From Longimicrobiales bacterium (lineage in GTDB: Bacteria > Gemmatimonadota > Gemmatimonadetes > Longimicrobiales > Gaopeijiaceae): DNA of 64,000 bases. The position numbers were made by a program, and so were the translations under genes. The DNA is taken from the NCBI GenBank assembly GCA_965218295.1, contig CBDCKN010000013.1, positions 512,001-576,000 on the forward strand, given 5' to 3'. Below the pieces are notes generated by a model, which worked only from the letters and a program-made list of their open reading frames with translations, did not search any database and was not told where the DNA came from. Below are positions 60,481-64,000 of the stretch, piece after piece. Within the stretch, counting starts at the first letter, position 1, and every line of letters begins with the position of its first letter.

Positions 60481-61624
60481 CTAGACCCAGCCCCTGGACC
60501 GGAACGAACGCAGCGTGTCGGCCCAGCGCTCCATGTCCTCGGGCAGGCCGAAGGAGATCCGGTTGTAGCCCAGCATGGGCGGAAAAGTCCGACCGACATC
60601 GATGCCCTCCATGTGGAACCGCTCGATGTAGGTCTCCAGATCACCGCCGATCTCATGCATGAGGAAGTTCGTGTGGCTAGGCAGGGACCCCAGCCCCAGC
60701 TCGCCCAACGCTCCCTGGGTGATCTGGCGAGACCGCTTGTTCATCGCCAGCGTCCGCTCGACGTGACCGTCATCCGCGAGGCTCGCGAGACCCGCCTGGA
60801 TGCCCATCATGTTCCGGGCTGTTCTGGGCGACGAACGCCTGGATGCGCCGTACGGTGTCGGCGTGGGCGAGGCCGTAGCCGAGGCGGAGGCCCGCCATCC
60901 CGTAGATCTTCGAGAAGGTCCGCGAGACCAGAACGTTCGGCCGCTCGTCGATCCACTTGACGGCAGACTAGTACCCGGGCTCGTCCATGAGCTCGTAGTA
61001 GGCCTCGTCGACGATGAAGAAGACGGACTCGGGCGCGTCCTGGATCCACGCATCGACCTCGGAGCTGGGGGTCAGCGTGGCAGTCGGGTTGTTCGGGTTA
61101 CAGATGTAGACGACCGAAGGCCGCCGGGCCCGCTCCGTCTCGTCCCGCATGCGTCCCAGATCGTGGGCGTAACGGAAGTCGAGGGGCACCTGGATCAGCC
61201 GGTACGGATGGTTCCCCGCATAGTCGACGGGGTCCTCCCACGTCGGCGTGGCTATGATCAGCGGCATGTTGGGAGACGCCAGCGCCTGGATTGTCGCCTG
61301 GATGATCTCGCTCGAGCCGGACCCGGTGAACACGTTCTCGGCCCGCACGCCCACCTTGGCCGCGATGGCCGGGATGAGATCCTGCTCCCAATTGTCCGGG
61401 TAGCGATTGGCCAACGAGATGGCCTCGATGACCGCCTCGCGAGCCGCCTTGGACAGGCCCATGGGGTTCTCGTTGTAATTCAGGCGAAGCGAGCCGTCCG
61501 GAGCCAGGTGGGGCCGGGATGAAAGGAACGCAGCCAGGCGGTTGGTCTGGGCGGCGGCGGGGGCTCCCGCAGCGGTGGCAACCGAAGCCAGCGTGCTGGC
61601 CCTCAGGAACCCTCTGCGATCCAT
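60481..61624 (-). CDS. Tat-exported HisC-like PLP aminotransferase, frameshifted
   Basis: MDRRGFL Tat motif, LNYNENP, CNPNNPT, VDEAY, RTFSKIYGMAGLRLGY in another frame, HTNFL. Confidence 0.85.
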
Positions 61625-61904
61625 GGTACATCTCCTCTGCAGGCGGCAACTGGCGGTGTGTCGAGAATGGATAATTAGGCGATGGAGGGCGGGTTTGCCA
61701 GTCCATTGCGCCCAAGCCGCGACCAGCGGGTCAACGCGTGCATCATGGAGGGGGCCCCAGTCTGCCACGGTCGCCCGTCTCCTCGTAGAGCCTCGCCAGC
61801 CGGTCCAGCACCAGAGGCATCAAGGGGACGACGAGATGGCGTCGGGCTGTGTGCCTAGAAGCGGCCGGTAAGATCGGCCCAGCGAACCGTCTTCTAGCCT
61901 GGCT

Positions 61905-62333
61905 CTACCGCGCCGGTCGCTCGAGCTCCCTCGCGTGTAGCTCGTCGTAGAAGTCGAACATCTCGCGGTTGTACTTTGGATCGCGGGCCTGCTCGAAGGG
62001 CTCGATGATCTGGAAGAGGATCCTGAGTCGCTGCGGCATGGTCAGGTGCTCGCGGAGGTCCTCGGCCTCCAGGAACCCCTGGGCACGGAGCTGCTGGGTC
62101 TTTCGGAAATACGACTTGATGAGCCGGCGGGCGGCGTTGGTCTCCCGGACGACCCGCTGCTCCTCTGCAGCGCGATCTTCCATCGCGTCCAGGGTGGCGA
62201 ACAGCTCGGCGGCCCAGTCCTCCCCCCGCTCCTTCACCCACCGACGCACGTGCCCGACGGCCCAGTAGTAGTCGTCCGACCAGAACTGGTCGTGGAGGTG
62301 GGAGATCAGCAGGCCGCGTTTCTCACCTTTCAT
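61905..62333 (-). CDS. hypothetical protein
   Basis: 142-aa ORF, protein-like composition, directly downstream of the TPP enzyme gene. Confidence 0.55.
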   Translation of the reverse strand: MKGEKRGLLISHLHDQFWSDDYYWAVGHVRRWVKERGEDWAAELFATLDAMEDRAAEEQRVVRETNAARRLIKSYFRKTQQLRAQGFLEAEDLREHLTMPQRLRILFQIIEPFEQARDPKYNREMFDFYDELHARELERPAR

Positions 62334-62339
62334 GGCTTC

Positions 62340-64000
62340 TCAGCGCCGGATAAATCTCCGACCGACGGCACGAGTGAGGAAGCGCACCCGATCGCGCAGC
62401 GGAAGCCGGTGAAGGTTCGTCTTCACGATGCCACGGGTGAAATGGGTCCTTTCCGTGTAGTCTATAGCCACGTCGACGATGACGGTCCGGCCGGCCGCCG
62501 CCTTCTCACGGGCGTCGCCCACGGCGCCCTTCACACCCTGGTCGTCGGAGAGGGCGATGAAGTCCACGCCCATCCCGTGAGCCAGCCCTTCCAGGTCGTA
62601 GTCGGGCAGCTCGCTCGCGACCTTGCGGTTCATGGCGGTGGACTGGAACTGGGCGATCTGGGCCAGCTCACGGTCGCGGAGCACGAAAGCCATCACGCCC
62701 AGCTCCAGCTGGGCAGCGCTCATGAGCTCAAGACCGGTCATGAGAAAGGCCCCGTCCCCGCCAGAGCCACGACGGGGCAGTCGGGCCGTGCCAGCTTCGC
62801 CCCCACGGCGGCCGGCACCGAGTAGCCCATACAGGAATAGTCCACCGGGGCCAGGAATTTCCCCGGGCCTTTGAGGCGGAGGGCTTCCATGGCGAGAAAC
62901 GTCCCCGTTGCCGCTGTCCGTGGTGAAGATCGTTTCCGGACCCAGCACGCTTTGCAGCGTGGTGAGGAGGTTCTGGGGGGTGACCCGCTCACCGCCGATT
63001 CGCGCCTGCCATCGCCGCCGGATCTCCCCGTGGCCCCTCGGCGATGCGAGCTCGGAGCTCGGGTTCCTGAGGGCGCCGGACACCCTTGAGTCCGGCCAGA
63101 ATCGCCTCCAGATAGACAAGGGCGTCGGACACGATCGCCAGTTCCGCCGGGAAGTTCCGCCCCGGCACCTGGGGGTCTATGTCCACATGGATCAGCGGGC
63201 CGGGGATGCGCAGGCCGTAGCTCCCCGTGCCGACTTCGCTGAACCGGCACCCCACCGCGATCATCAGGTCGCACGCCGCCGCAACTTCCTGAACGAACGC
63301 CGGAGCAGTGTCCCCGAAGCCCGGCCACAGGAATAGCGGATGGTCTTCGGGGAACACTCCCTTCCCCTGGATCGTGGTGGCCACAGGGGCTTCGAGGGCC
63401 TCCGTCAACCTCAGCACATCGTCGACGGCACCGGCCGCTCCGGCACCCACATAGATCAGAGGGCACTTCGAGCCGCGGATCAGCTCGAGCGATCGCGTAA
63501 CCGCCTCCGCTGTGGGATGGGGCGGAGACTCCAAAGACGGCGCCGTCCAGCGCTCGGGAGCTCCGGCATCGCTCACGTCCTGCTTGAGCAGGTACAGGTT
63601 GGCCGGCACCTCCACGAAGACGGGGCCCGGCACCCCCGACCGGGCGAGGCGACACGCCTCCCGGATCGTAGGATAGATCTCGTCGCCCGACATGGGGCGG
63701 AACACACCCTTGGTCACCGCGGAGACCATCGCCGCCTGGTCCACGTCGTGGAGCTGGTACGCCTTCCCCAGATCCCGGCGGATGCCGCAGCCCAGCACGA
63801 GCAAAGGAACGTTGTCCAGATACGCCTCGGCGATCCCCGACATGGCATGGGTCAGCCCGGCACCGGGCACGACGTTGACACAGGCCATCCGGCCCGATGC
63901 CCGCCACGCCCCATCCGCCATGAACGAGGCACTCTGCTCGTCGGTGACCAGGATGGGCCGGACGATGTCCGAGGACCCCAGGACGTCGTACAGCTCGATG
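62340..64000 (-). CDS. thiamine-pyrophosphate-binding protein (acetolactate synthase-like), frameshifted, 5' end outside window
   Basis: EQSASFMADG, VPGAGLTH, GPVFVEVP, MGYSVPAA, GDGAFLMTGLE. Confidence 0.88.

Noticed and set aside
1..64000. tRNA/rRNA genes and phage structural genes
   Set aside because: None recognised by eye; no attL/attR direct repeats bounding the island identified

Overview
GC-rich bacterial window, possibly Gemmatimonadota-like (inferred from lipoprotein style and gene content). About 5.5-45.3 kb is a heavily eroded accessory island. It holds plasmid or phage-plasmid parts: ParA plus an RHH partner, an iteron-type RepA origin, and two tyrosine recombinases each preceded by a palindromic crossover-like site. 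It also holds three toxin-antitoxin pairs, two tandem paralogous large surface lipoproteins (one broken by IS elements), a group IIC intron fragment, IS3/IS21/IS256 elements and degenerate attC-like sites. About 45.4-64 kb is mostly ordinary core-like genes. The most interesting object is a truncated 1406-aa phage-type polyvalent protein (ddrB-like ParB + RelA/SpoT synthetase + zincin metallopeptidase). Its Ser/Pro-rich linker just before the RelA/SpoT domain appears to be the antisense shadow of a nested 71-aa gene with its own RBS, a candidate embedded antitoxin. Nearby is a Zeta-toxin-like module that ends at the same GVHPLAPREQ junction, plus two more remnants of that module, which suggests swappable toxin modules with overlapping immunity genes. 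Many single-base frameshifts may be long-read errors. All family calls come from motif recognition by eye; no searches were run.
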